DNA of 64,000 nucleotides from the human T2T-CHM13v2.0 reference genome, Homo sapiens, in the NCBI RefSeq assembly GCF_009914755.1, contig NC_060928.1; one strand, given 5' to 3'. The notes under the pieces were generated by a model. It was not told the origin of the DNA. It searched no databases and saw nothing but the letters and a program-made list of their open reading frames with translations. Shown here in pieces: positions 15,314 through 27,741 of the stretch; position 1 is the stretch's first letter; every line of letters begins with the position of its first letter. The translations under genes were made by a program, and so were the position numbers.

Positions 15314-15932
15314 AGAGCTGTGTATCTGGCTCTGGAAAAAGTTCTACTCAGTCTCATCACAGTGGGGCTCAAGTAGTGGATGTGATTTATTTTGTGTTGG
15401 TTTTCATCATAAAGCCCTGGTGTTGAACTTTAGCTTCTTTGATTCAATAATGATAATACTAACGAATGACAATGATTATGTTATTTTTAAGGCTTCTCTG
15501 GAGCTATGTATTTTAAGAAATTAAGGTAATTTACATGTTTTATACTTGAAATGATGGTTCGTGACCTCACTATATAAGGCATTAGATATAGCTAATTATT
15601 TGCCTGTGTTAGAATCACCTTATTTTGATATAGAAAGCAGTCTTTTTTTTACTTTGCTAGATTTTAATTTTTTTCTAAAATTTCAGTAATCTCATTATTA
15701 ATTTCCAAACAGTAAATATTAATTGCATAACATTAAATACACAAAAAGTATGAAGATATTTAATAATATTTACAACCTTATTTTTGATACTACATGTCAA
15801 AATTGTTGTATATGTCCTTGCAAATAAACACACACACGCATACACATTTTTAAAGTGAAATGTATATTAAATATTTCACCTGGGACATTTTACAAATTTT
15901 TCCCTGTTTTAAAACAAATGCCTATTTATTAT

Positions 15933-16613
15933 AAAAAATTTGAGAGGACGTTTAAGATGTTTTTACTCATTAAAGACATCTTAAAGAAAGTAAAACAACA
16001 AATTACCAACTGCAAGAATTAATTTGTAACACAATTAATTGATAAGTGACTAGAATCAAGAATATATAAAGAGTACATAAAAAGTTCCTTTAGGCCAGGC
16101 GCAGTGGCTCACGCCTGTAATCCTAGCACTTTGGGAGGCTGAGGCAGGCGGATCACAAGGTCAGGAGATCGAGACCATCCTGGCCAACATGGTGAAACCC
16201 CGTCTTTAAAAAAATAAGTAAATAGCTCCTTTAGATACAAAACAAAAAGACAAAATACCCTAATGAAAAATGGATTTTAAAAGTATGAACAGGAACAAAA
16301 TAGGAGCAGAAATACAACAGGCTAAAAAAGAAAAATACAAACAGATGTTCAATCCCCATAGTAATTAGGAAAATGTAAATCAAGATTAAAATGTAACTTT
16401 ACAGCCAATTGATTGAAAAATAATGTTTTGGACAAATTTGTGATGGACAATAATTTAAAAAGTTGGAAGAATATCAAATTTTGAAAAAATTTGGGAAGAA
16501 GTTTAAGATGTTTTTACTCATTAAAGACATTTTAAAGACAGTAATAACAAATTCCCAACTGGGAGAATTCATTTGTAACACAATTATTGATAAGTGACTA
16601 AAATCAAGAATAT
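15933..16613 (+). mobile_element. Old L1M ORF2-end fragment, partly duplicated
   Basis: 'aaagacatcttaaagaaagtaaaacaacaa...agaatatataaaga', 'acagatgttcaatc...gtaattaggaaaatgtaaatcaa' are L1 ORF2 3' motifs. Confidence 0.65.
16093..16220 (+). mobile_element. Alu left monomer only (AluSc-like diagnostics)
   Basis: 'gatcacaaggtcaggagatcgagaccatcctggccaacatgg' ending in A-rich linker; TSD-like aaaagttccttta/aatagctccttta. Confidence 0.9.
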
Positions 16614-16924
16614 GTTGATATTCTTGATATCAATGGCACAAATTTTGGAGACAGAGAGGGAGAGGAGAGAGATTTCTGTCCATTATTAATTACCTAGTCT
16701 CAGGTATCCTATTATAGCAGCACAAAATAAATTGATATACCTTCTATGGAAAATTGCCTCAATCACATCCCTTGCGAAGGGACACAGCCAGTGTTTTTGC
16801 CTTTATAGCAGGGGCCATATTCAGTACCAAACAATCACTCCTCAGCCACGATAATTTAACTAGAAATGATCACCTGACTCACAGTAAAATAACAGGTTGA
16901 TAATTCAGACACTCTGATTTTAAA

Positions 16925-17387
16925 AATACGGCAGCAAATTCTTTGGCACCCTCCTATAAAGAAGACAGAGGTCATCTATGCCTCCTCTCCTTGAATCTGT
17001 GCTTGCCTAGCCGAAAGAATATAGCAGAAATGATACAATGTCAGTTTCCAAAGGGAGGCCTTCTGAGGTTGTAACCTCTACTTCCTCTCTTTTGAAATGC
17101 TAGTCACCATGCTGCAGAGAAGCACAAGTAGCCATGTAAAGAGGCTCATGTGGGAAGGAACCTAGGCCCCTGGCCAGCAGCCTCCACTGAGCTCCCAGCC
17201 AACAGCCAGTACCAACTTCCAGGTATGTGAGCGAGTCATCTGGGCTATGGATCCTTCAGCCCCATTTGAATCATTTCGGTTGATACCTCATGAAGCAGAG
17301 ATAAGCTGGACTCACTGAACCCTTCCCAATTGCAGAGTCACGAACGAGTTTTGGGATGGCTTGTTACACCGCAACAGATAACCAGAA
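16925..17387 (+). mobile_element. MLT1 solo LTR (F/G-like)
   Basis: 'tctccttgaatctgtgcttgcc', 'gctcccagccaacagccagtaccaact', 3' end 'gttttgggatggcttgttacaccgcaacagataacc'. Confidence 0.75.
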
Positions 17388-17855
17388 TTCCTAATTTCTC
17401 AGGCCCCACTTCTCAGATTTTTTAATGTGGCCTGGCCCAAAAACGTTTCAGGAACAGGGAGCGACCAGTCCCATTAGATTCCTATGATTAGGAATTTAAA
17501 TTAGAAAAGATGGAGAAATAAGTGTTGGCAAAAAAGAGAAGTTAGAAGTCCACCAGGATGGAAGAGAGGCCATGAAGGGAAGAGGAAGTAAGGCAAGAGA
17601 AGCCAAGAGAGAACTGAGGGAGTCCAGGTTAAACCCTGGCCTATGCTGTCATGTGACTATTTACATTAAACTTCCTCTGCATAGACAAAAACATGGGTTT
17701 TGCTGGTAGTCAGCATATTAGAACTCTCAAAATAAAACTAATCCTGAGCATCACCTAGTTAAGAGAGAAAATGACTTATCATTTCCCTCATCTGGGATTT
17801 ATGAGTACCTCTGGAATTACCAAAAAGTGACCAAAAATTTTTTAAATGAAGACAA

Positions 17856-18169
<314 letters not shown>

Positions 18170-18212
18170 TTACAAAAGGACAAAGAAAAAGACAGAGTTT
18201 GATGTGGATGTG

Positions 18213-18768
18213 TGTATTAGTTTTCCATTGCTGTTTAGTAAGTTACCACAAACTCAGAGGCTCAAAACACCACCAACTTATTATCTCAGAGTTTCCAGGG
18301 GCATGAGTCAACTGGGCTCTCTTCTGAGGGTCTTACAAGGCTGAAATCAACGTGTTGGTCAGCCTGCATAACTGGAACTACCATTTCTTCCTAGTTGTAC
18401 CTGGGGACTGCTCTCAGGTGGTAGTCACATGTGCTCCTCCATTGGCTCTCTCTCTCCACATGGCTGTCTACTTCTTCAGGACTAGCAGAGGAACCGCTTA
18501 TACTCTATACCTTTTCCTTCAAGAAGAGAACAATGTCTTTGAAAGGCTCACCCAATTAAGCCACACTCAACCAGAATAATCTTCTTTTTGATTAACTCAA
18601 AGTCAACCCATCAGGGACCTGAATTACATTTGCAAAATGTCTTCATTTTTGTCACATAACCTAATTATAGCCACAGTCTTGCCCCACTCAAGGGGAGGGC
18701 ATCATATAGAGCATATACATAAGGGGTGTGGACAGTTTAGGGGCCACCTTAGAATTCTGCTTACCACA
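18213..18768 (-). mobile_element. MLT1 (D/E-like) solo LTR
   Basis: 'tgtattagttttccattgctg...ttaccacaaact' to 'cttagaattctgcttaccaca'. Confidence 0.8.
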
Positions 18769-18769
18769 G

Positions 18770-18847
18770 TAGGGTTATCAGGTATAATTATAGGATGCCA
18801 AGTTAGATTTCAATTTCAGATAAACAACAAATAATTTTTTAGTATGC
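18770..18847. mobile_element. MER53 MITE half
   Basis: 'tagggtt...ggatgccaagttagatttcaatttcagataaacaacaaataatttttagtat' matches one arm of the recalled MER53 consensus. Confidence 0.7.
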
Positions 18848-20178
18848 TTGCTTCCTGAACTTAGCCTTCAGAATGTTCTAGTGCCTACAATAGGGTCATG
18901 AGCTCAAATGTTCCTAGGGGGCAAGAAGGTGATGTGAGTAGAGAGGCCAGGTAGGAACTGTGGCCGACTTAGAGGCTCATGCCTCAGGTAACGGAGGCCA
19001 CAGCTCTGCAACTGCAGCTGGCTGTTGCCATGAGGACTCACAGGCCAAGTGGCAGGAACTTCTGATGCTTTTTCAAGAGATAGTACTTCAACTTGAATTT
19101 CTACATGAAGTGTTCCAGGGATGACCGTTAATCCAACATTTAAAAACAAAAACATTTTATGAGTTACATAAAACACATTTATGGAATATATTTTGGCCCA
19201 TGGAAGCCAGTTTGCAACCCATAATCTAAGATCTGCAATCCTTGAGACTTTGGTTCCTCCAGGATGCGGGGAGGGCTTCCCTTGGTCCTGCTCATGACAC
19301 TCTCCTGTCTGAAGCCCACAAAATTTATATCTCTTTGTACTCCCATCTCACTTAGCCACTGAGCTTCATCTCTAAAACAAAATTGATTTGCCACATCAGA
19401 AAACTGATTTACAAGTCCTCTACGGCAGCCCTAATGCCAACAAATCAAATGCCAGATTTACAAATCCTCCGAAATGCACAATAAATGCCAAATAAAAACT
19501 TTCAATTTACCAATCTTTATTTGTAGGAAGCATAAATCAGAAATGGGATGGAATGGCTCCTGGCATTATTACGATTAAGTTTTGAAGTCCAGATTTTTTT
19601 TTACTTTACATTTCCTTTCAAATTTGATCTTCTCTTTATGAGTGGACTTCTGGTTTTAATGACTGTGTAAAAATAATAGCCTTAGTTGCAGCTTAGAAAA
19701 GATGTTAGGCCAATGGAGGCTTCAGTTGGATATTAAAGCCCACAGTATTTTTAATTTGGGGAATCAGCAAGGCCTTTGGGGGTCATTTCTGGCCAGTGTT
19801 TTATTCGCCAAGAGGGTTTGCTGGACACAGGCCTTGTGTAGCCAGGAAAGGCCCTAAACATCCCAACCCAAAGTCTTTTACCTTATTTGGTTTGTTTTTT
19901 AGTGGCATTTAATACTCTCTCCAATTTATCATGAGGCTTGACTTTAAGATGCTTTTTTTCAGAGAAGTCTCAATCTTTGGCTCAGAAGCCTTTGAAGACC
20001 TGACTTCTGCCCAAGACAAACAGAAAACATTAGAAGTGATGGGTGCTCTTTGGCAATTGTCAGCTCTAGGTAGTGATGAGGAAGGTATTGTGTCTGGGGA
20101 TCATGGTGCTGGAGCTTTGAACATTTCTGCCTTTGTTCTTTTCATCATTAACAATGGCTAACACCACCGCATATCGGT

Positions 20179-20538
20179 TGATATGGTTTGGCTGTGTCCC
20201 CACCCAAATCTCATCTTGAATTGTACCTCCCATAATTCCCATGTGTTGTGGGAAGGACGCGGTGGGAGATAATTGAATCATGGGCATGGTTTCCCTCATA
20301 TTGTTCTCCTGGTAGTGAATAAGTCTCATGAGATCTGATGGTTTTATAAGGGGAAACCCCTTTCATTTGGCTCCCCTTATCTCTTGTCTGCTGCCATGTA
20401 ATATGTGCCTTTCATCTTCTGCGATGATTGTGAGGCCTCCCCAGCCATATGAAACTGAGTCAATTAAACCTCTTTTTCTTTATAAAGTACCCAGTCTTGG
20501 GTATATCTTTATCAGCAGCCTGAAAACGGACTAATACA
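20179..20538 (+). mobile_element. THE1 (B-like) MaLR solo LTR
   Basis: TGATATGGTTTGGCTGTGTCCCCACCCAAATCTC...GGACTAATACA; TSD tcggt/ttggt. Confidence 0.95.
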
Positions 20539-20946
20539 TTGGTAATCACCATGATACATGGCAACCTATGATATCAATAAATACTGTTAAAAGGAAAGAA
20601 AGTGCCAGACAAAAGAGAAATGACGAGCTCAAAGCAGGCCTTCTCTAAGCTGTCATCTTAGGTAGCTCACAGTTAAAAGCACATAATCTCATGGCAGAGG
20701 GATCACGAAGAGCACCTAACCCGGCTTCTTTGCCTGTATGTCTATGTCCCCATCAACTACGCAGTGGTGGGGGAAAGGAGCAGCTTCGGGTGAGACTGAG
20801 AGACATGAAGGGGCAATTGAAGCATTGGGATTCTTGGGGTGAGGGAGGAGCCATACAGGGGTGCAGAGAAGGGAAGGTGTCAACAGGCAAGGCAGGAGGT
20901 GTGTTCGGAGCAGTGGGCACCATCCTCTCTAGGATGAAGATCCCTC

Positions 20947-21320
20947 CCTTTGGTAAGGGGGTCAGGGGACACTTCTATCTAAAAAAAAAAAAAAAAAGAA
21001 TCAGAAGAAAGAAAAGAAAAAAAAAGAAACTTAGAGCGATGTCTCTTTATTCAGAAATCTTAATAAAAATTTTAAAAGCCTATAAAATATACATATAATC
21101 TGTTCCATCTAAAGTTAATCCTTGTATGAACTCCCTATTAAAGGACCTTTTGGTAAGGGGGTGAGAGGACCCTTCTATCTAAGAAAAAAAAAAAAAAAGA
21201 AACCTACAGCAATTTCTCTACAATGCAGAAATCGAAATAAAAATTTTAAAAGCCTATAAAATATACAGATAACCTGTTCCATCCAAAGATAATCCTCGTA
21301 CGAACCCCCTATTAACAGAC
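20947..21320. repeat. Two-copy tandem duplication (~175-200 bp unit)
   Basis: 20947-21145 and 21146-21320 align along their length and differ mainly in the poly(A) tract. Confidence 0.92.
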
Positions 21321-21437
21321 TATACATAGTAATGGAATATAACATTATATATGATATTATCATATCATACCCCACCACAAAAGAAAAGTTGTTTTGTTAG
21401 TGTTTATTGATTGTGAAAATTCAAAGTGACAAACAGT

Positions 21438-21660
21438 GAGGAGTTTGAGACCAGCCTGGCCTACATGGTGAAAACCCATCTCTACTAAAAACAAAAAAAT
21501 TAGCTGGGTGTGGTGGCACACGCCTGTGTGGGAGGCTGAGGCAGGAGAATTGCTTGAACCCGGGAGGTGAAGGTTACGGTGAGCTGAGATCACGCCACCA
21601 CATTCTAGCCTGGGTGATAGAGTGAGACTCCATTTCAAATAAAAAAAAAAAACAAAACTA
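21438..21660 (+). mobile_element. 5'-truncated Alu with small internal deletion
   Basis: Starts 'aggagtttgagaccagcc'; lacks 'aatcccagctactc'; A-rich tail. Confidence 0.93.
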
Positions 21661-21854
21661 CAATGACAAGCAGCCATGAATTGAGCATCAGTGCACATTT
21701 GGAGTGTAGTTATGCACGGCTCTAAGGAGTTTAGGCTATAGATCAAGTTTTGTGCACATCTTCTTACCTTGTAATATCTCCCCTCCCTTAACCCATCCTA
21801 CAAGCACTCAGTTATTCCACTCACACAATCCAGTGCTGTGCCAGCAATACATGA

Positions 21855-21995
21855 GTGAAATCATTTAATACAAATATTTCCCATGCATCTACTATGTTTA
21901 AGGCATTTTGCCCAGATGCTGGGAATGTACTTGTAGGGAAAAAAAATCCGAGCAAAATACCTGTGTTCCTGGAGCTTGTATTATAGTGGGGAAAA
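21855..21995 (-). mobile_element. L2 3' end
   Basis: 'tcattt..caaatatt...ctactatg...gatgctggga...tggagcttgtattatagtgggg'. Confidence 0.65.
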
Positions 21996-22024
21996 CGTCA
22001 CTCAGTTGTGAGATGTTTCACATG

Positions 22025-22090
22025 TGATTTTTGCTAAAAATAATTATTACAAGTAATGGCAAAACCACAGTGACTTTTGAACCAATCTAA
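22025..22090. mobile_element. MADE1 mariner MITE remnant
   Basis: 'agtaatggcaaaaccacagtgacttttgaaccaatctaa' resembles the right half of MADE1 (TAATGGCAAAAACCGCAATTACTTTTGCACCAACCTAA). Confidence 0.65.
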
Positions 22091-22109
22091 CAATTTAAAA
22101 TATTTGCAA

Positions 22110-22110
22110 T

Positions 22111-22141
<31 letters not shown>

Positions 22142-22223
22142 TTTTTGAGACAGAGTTTTGCTCTTCTTACCCAGGCTGGAGTGTTGTGGTGCAATCACGG
22201 CTCACTGCAACCTCTACCTCCCA
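22110..22223 (-). mobile_element. Truncated Alu right-arm end with (TTTA)n tail
   Basis: 'tttttgagacagagttttgctc...cactgcaacctctacctccc'. Confidence 0.92.
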
Positions 22224-24692
22224 CTTTATTTCTTTGGTAACACAACTCTCACTGCCATTTTGAGTTTGCTACCTTGGGTGAGAAAGGAGGAGATGGAGTT
22301 ATGGTTACCATTTAGGAAAATGTAGATAATAACCCTGTGCTTTTCCAAGGTAGAGTATCACATATAGGAACATTCTGTATATAACTCTCTGTTATAACTG
22401 ACCAGAAAAGAAGCAAGGATCACTGCTTTGTGGAATTAATCATAATGGGTTGTTCTGTGGGCAGACATGGTACCCACAGAATGAGCCATGGACCTTCTGC
22501 AAATACCTACTGTTGCAGTTTCTGAAAGTAAAATGATCTTTACTGGTATTGAGGAAGGAGAAATTGAACAGATATGACCAAGCAGGACTCTAGAAAGCAC
22601 AGCAAACCTTCATGAGGGTGTCTCTGTGCTTGGCTCCAGAATACATATACATATCACCTCTCCCCATACCTGATGGGAGCTTCTGACTGAGGGAAAAAAA
22701 GAAAGTTGGCTGAGTAATCCACAGACACAGTACAATATGTCCAGCTCACAGTTGAATCAACTGTTAGTAGAAGGGACAATAATCACTTTGCAGAGTCTCA
22801 CGAAGGGGGTGACTACTGTAGAGTAAAAATGGTCTGTCCAGCAAAGAAGGAAGTGAAAGAGCATAATTCCAGTAGAAGGAACTGTATATGCAAAGGCACA
22901 GAGCCTAAGGGATCACGATATGTGAAGGGTGCAAAATCCCTGGAGCCCGGAGAACCAACTGGAGTAAGATACAAGGCCAGAAAGGTGATCTGGGGCCAGA
23001 TCAAGAAGACCTAAGGCTATCTCATCTTGGGATTTAATCCTGAGGGCTAGTGCTCCCAAAAAAGAGCATGTTACCCTTGTTGGCATAGCAGATCATTTTA
23101 GAAACATTTAAAAATCATTGTTTACTTATTTTAATTTTCCTTCATGTTCAATGAAGAAAAAGCAACACATCAAAACTGAAATGTAATGAAAATTATTGCT
23201 TAGGACAAGGGCAAGTTTAAAATAAGAGTACATTTAAAGAAAATATTAAAGAAAGCATTGTAAAGATGGTACATGATACAGCTAAAAATATTGTAAAATG
23301 TGGAGGCAAATAGTGAATGTTTGAGAAATAATCCTGCTAGAGTTAGACAGGTGAGCAACCGGAATGACATGACTAGGTCTGCAGGGTGTTGTTGTGCACT
23401 GTGATTTGCCTTCCAAAGATCACCCAAGCACCAGAGCGGAGGTTGCACTAAGGTAAGTAGAGGACAGTCTGGAACTCTGATTTGGGAGACCAAAGAGTAA
23501 TCCCAGAAAAAGACCTTGAAGACTGGAACTACAGCAGTGACAGTGTTGATAGTGACGGAAGGACACATTCAAATATGCTCCCCCTGCTTCCTTTCAAAGT
23601 AGAGCACAGCCTGGCACACAGGCAGGAAATGAGAAGGAGAGATGGCTTTTCCCCAGATTATTATCATTTATGCTTCCTTTCCCAATGACTGGTATTAGAA
23701 TTATAACGTCGCGTGATAGTGATGTTTTCTCCTGGTGTCCGGAAGCTGCAATCTAAGTGCTCATAAACATCTTTGGGAATGGATGAACAGAGAGTATGAA
23801 AATGGACTTTCTGATTTAGTCATTACAGCATCTGTGCTGAACTGTCAGCCACCTGCAACTGGCCACATGCAAGGAAATGCCACTTTGAAGTTCACAGTCA
23901 CCATCAAATATAAAAAAGAAGACAATTTATACCAGGTGGGTTGATGATTGTTTCAATCCCCAAATTTTCCTCCTTGGTGTTCATCTTTATTCTCTCTCCT
24001 ATCAGCGCCCCAACTTTCCTCCAAAAGCCACCCTTTCTCCACTTTAATCCCTGAGTTTAGGTGGTCTTAACACCCTCCCTTGCCTTTGAGGTGGACACAA
24101 ATCTCAGGTTTGGCCTGGTTCACAAATAGGCACTTGGTACAATCTCAGTAAAGAAGATTCAATCAGCACTATGTGCTGGGACTATTTGATAAGGAAGCAC
24201 TTTGTCCATTCCTGATATTCAGACCTGAAGTTCAGGAGGGCCACTACAGGGAAGGAGAATGACCCTCATCCAGAAAGAAATGGACCTTTGGGAGGTAAAG
24301 ACTCTATATCCTCATGGCAATTTTTAGCCTTTTGGATATGGTTTTTCTCCCTAGACTTTTCAGTTTTGTGAGAAAATATTCCCCTCTTTTTTCCCCTCAG
24401 GGCAATTTGAGTTGGGTGTCTATCACCTACAAACTAAATGTCAGTGCACAGTCAAGCCCAGCTTAGTAAATCAGCATGTAACTGGGATGGGATGGGGGAA
24501 CAACAGTGAAAAGGAGGCAAGCACTGCCAGGAAGAGGCCAAGGGGCTCATTCTGATTCATCTCTAAAAATTTAATGAGGACTTGCTATGTGAAAGGAAGT
24601 GTATTGGACAAGGTCGGGTAGGGAGTAGGAATGTAAAGACTTAAGAAAATGGTCTGTGTCCTTAAAATTATTATCCTCCCTTCAGGTTGGAG

Positions 24693-25259
24693 TGTTACCA
24701 GTGTAAAGCTTACAGGGCATAGGTGAGTTTCTACCCTGCCCTAACTCTACTGACCTTTAGGAAACAGGATGCCTGTGGTCAGAAGTTCCCCTTCGTGGCC
24801 AAACCAGTCAAGACTTGTGAGATCTAAGACAGCAGCTCTCTTGACCTAAGAAGAACCTCTAACTTTGTTATAACCTAATTTCCATGCTAAATGACACTCC
24901 CATAGTACCATGACAGCTGACAATCACCATGACACTGACCAGAAGAAACTATAAAAAGACAAAAAGGAAAGCAGTACTCTGGTTCCCAGAAGTTGTCTGC
25001 CCATTACCAGAAAAGATATGAATATCCCTCCCCTTGTTTTTAATGCCCAGCCCTTTCACTAAATATGTCCTATATTTCTGGCTTCCCAGCTCTCATGAGC
25101 TGAAAGGTTGATTTGGGAGCTGAGCTCCTGCCTCTCAATTCCATGGCTGTGGAATAAAATCTCTATCACTCAATGCTCACTTTCAGTTTTGCATATTGGC
25201 TTCACAGCACTGAAAAGGGAAATATCCCATTTTGGGGAGGACTGGCTTCGTTGGTAACA
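24693..25259 (+). mobile_element. ERV1 solo LTR (MER66/MER41-related)
   Basis: Terminal inverted 8-mer tgttacca/tggtaaca; 4-bp TSD ggag/agag; 'catgctaaatgacactccca..ccatgacag'; AATAAA at ~25153. Confidence 0.8.
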
Positions 25260-25777
25260 AGAGAAAGGTCGTGTTACCTCTGGACCTTGCCTCTACCAAA
25301 GCACGCTCCACTGCCACCTTCTCTCTTACTCTCTACATGAGATGCTATCTCCAGTCTCATTGAGGAAGTCCACACCGTCAACCAAAAGCTCCCCTAACAT
25401 CCTTCACGTTGTATGAAGGATGCATTGTATCCTGCATTGTATGGAAGGTTTTAGAGCAGGGAGTGCTGCAATCAGATCTCTGCTTTTTGAAAAGTCACTT
25501 TTGAGACTTAATTTTGGCATAAAGCATTGTATGAATTTCCTGATGACTATTTTTTTTCCATTTCTGGGCAAAATTAGCACTCAGGAAATTATTTTTCTAT
25601 GTATATGTATAAAATTATTTTTGTGTGACATGTTAAAAACCCTAAAACTGAAAGGGCAACATGCAGTTTGAATGAACTACGATGACCATTCTCACAGCCT
25701 TTCCTCTCCTTGTAGCCTCTTTCCTACTGTGCTTGTCCTTCTGACAATTGCACTTTGAGTGTGACATGAAACATTTG

Positions 25778-25967
25778 GAAGGAAAGAAAAAACAAAAAGG
25801 AGGTAAAAGGAAGGAAAAGGTGGGAGAGAGAGAAGGAGCAAGGGAAGAAAGGAGGGAGGCAGGGAGGAAGGGAGAGAAGGAGGGAGGGAGGGAGGAAAGG
25901 AAGGAAGGAAGGAAGGAAGGAAGGAAGGAAGGAAGGAAGGAAAGAAAGAAGGAAGGAAGGAAGGAAG
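25778..25967. repeat. Purine-rich tract ending in a (GGAA)n microsatellite
   Basis: 11 consecutive GGAA at 25899-25942, then AGAA x2 and GGAA x4. Confidence 0.97.
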
Positions 25968-27591
25968 ATTGGCAGCCTCTTGGAGTTTGTTGGCATGGAA
26001 ACACAATGTTTCTCTGAACAAAGCCTCCTGCACAATTGCAATGCTACTATGTATCAATCCCACAAAATAACCACTGGCCAGCAATCACAAAGTATTACCA
26101 AAGAAATGCAGGCTGAAGGGGAGCCTGGATACAAAGGGCAAATATGCCCTGAAAAGTCACAGAGAAGTATCTAGGGCTGGAAGTTGAAGTCAGGAAGCTG
26201 AGTCCCAGCTCTGCAGAGCTGGAGGAGGCTGCTGTTATGTTTCTCTCCTCCTGCTTAGCCAGCAGAAATCAGATCATTTGCAGATCTTGCCTGCCCTTCT
26301 CTTTTGGAGTAAGAGATGTATGGCCATTTGTTATTTCTGCATGTGCTGAGGACTCTTCTCCCTCCCACCTCCTAAATGGAACGACGGAGTCTGTAAGTGC
26401 AGCAAGAATCCAGCATGCAAAGCATCAACACTATGGATCCCTTCTTGCTTTTTTGCTGCGCGCCCCCTTCTTCCTGCCTTAGGAAACCTTATCTTTATCC
26501 TCCTTTGCCCAGCTGCCGGATTCTTAGTGTGGCTTTTCAAACTGAAGGACACATATTTATGGCTCTTCCTCTGAAATTAAAATCCAGGATAGGTTACGCA
26601 TATGGGGAAAGGAGGGGTCCTTCAATCTTGAACATGCTGCCAAGCGAGTCAGCACACAGGCTGGCTTGAGGGAGACAGAAATATCTGTAACAAACAAAAG
26701 CCAGGAAATAAAATCATGATGCTTGCAATACTTATCAAAATGATGACCACCACAGGAATCTAACATGGGCAACCCCACACTTTGGGCAGGGCAAAGGAGA
26801 TGTGTTTCCATAAACAACAATATACAGTTGCCACCTTGAATGCTTTCTTTTGGAAGTAGGAATGTATAAGTTGTAAATTAGGATTAAACTCAAATTCACA
26901 TCCGCCTTTATAAAGACCCTATAGCAAAACTGATATGTGAGCCTAGACAAAAGAAGGTACTGGATCCCTATAGACTCTGGCAACCCCTGGGAATGGAGTG
27001 CATTGTCCTCTAAGGATGTGTCAAAGGACAGTTGTGAAGTCCACAGGGACCCACAGCATGATCATTTTGGGATGGAGATAAAAGCACGTGGCTGAAAAAA
27101 CACAGAGTCTGTTTGGGAAATGGTGACTGGCCCAGGAACCAGATCGGGAGTATGAGATATGAAGAATGGCATTGAAAACCAAAGAGGTAGTATCGGAGTC
27201 AAGGAGCACTATTTTAGGGAATTTGAACTTTATTCATAGGCAGGGAGGTGCCATGGAAAGTTTTGGAGCAGGGAGTGATGCAATCAGATCTATGCTTTTT
27301 GAAAAGTCACTTTTGAGACTTAATCTTAGCATGAAACCTACAGCAAGCACTTCAGGAAATTAATCTTTCTATGGTCACGTATTCTAAACTTTTATGATAA
27401 ACTGGTGATTCCGGGTATGGCAGAAGCAGAGGGGAAGGGTATGACAGAGAGTATAGGGGTCCTCTGTTTTAGACCCATCTTTGGAAGCAACCACAACCTG
27501 GCCCTGCAGCCCATCCAGGCTCCCCCTGTGGAGTAAGTTGTTAGCTCATCACACCAGAAGCCATTTAGAGATATAGCCATTTAAGGGGAAT

Positions 27592-27741
27592 TCCTTCCTC
27601 CTCTCTTCTCCTCCCCTCCCCTCTCCTCCCCTCCTCTCCCCTCTTGTCCCCTCCTCTCCCCTCCTCTCCCCTCCTTTCCCCTTCCCTCCCCTCCCCTTTT
27701 CTTCCTTCCTTCCTTCCTTCCTCCTTCCTTCCTTCCTTCCT
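27592..27741. repeat. Polypyrimidine (CCTCT/CCCCT/CCTT)n tract
   Basis: Directly visible. Confidence 0.95.

Noticed and set aside
23830-23941. Possible exon (tacAG ... CAG|GTGGGT)
   Set aside because: Weak polypyrimidine tract and unrecognisable translation; such site pairs are common
25642-26084. Overlapping 89-130 aa ORFs
   Set aside because: Translations of the GGAA/TTCC microsatellite
26205-26222. Perfect 18-bp palindrome ccagctctgcagagctgg
   Set aside because: Expected about 0.25 times per 64 kb by chance (64000 x 4^-9); no supporting context
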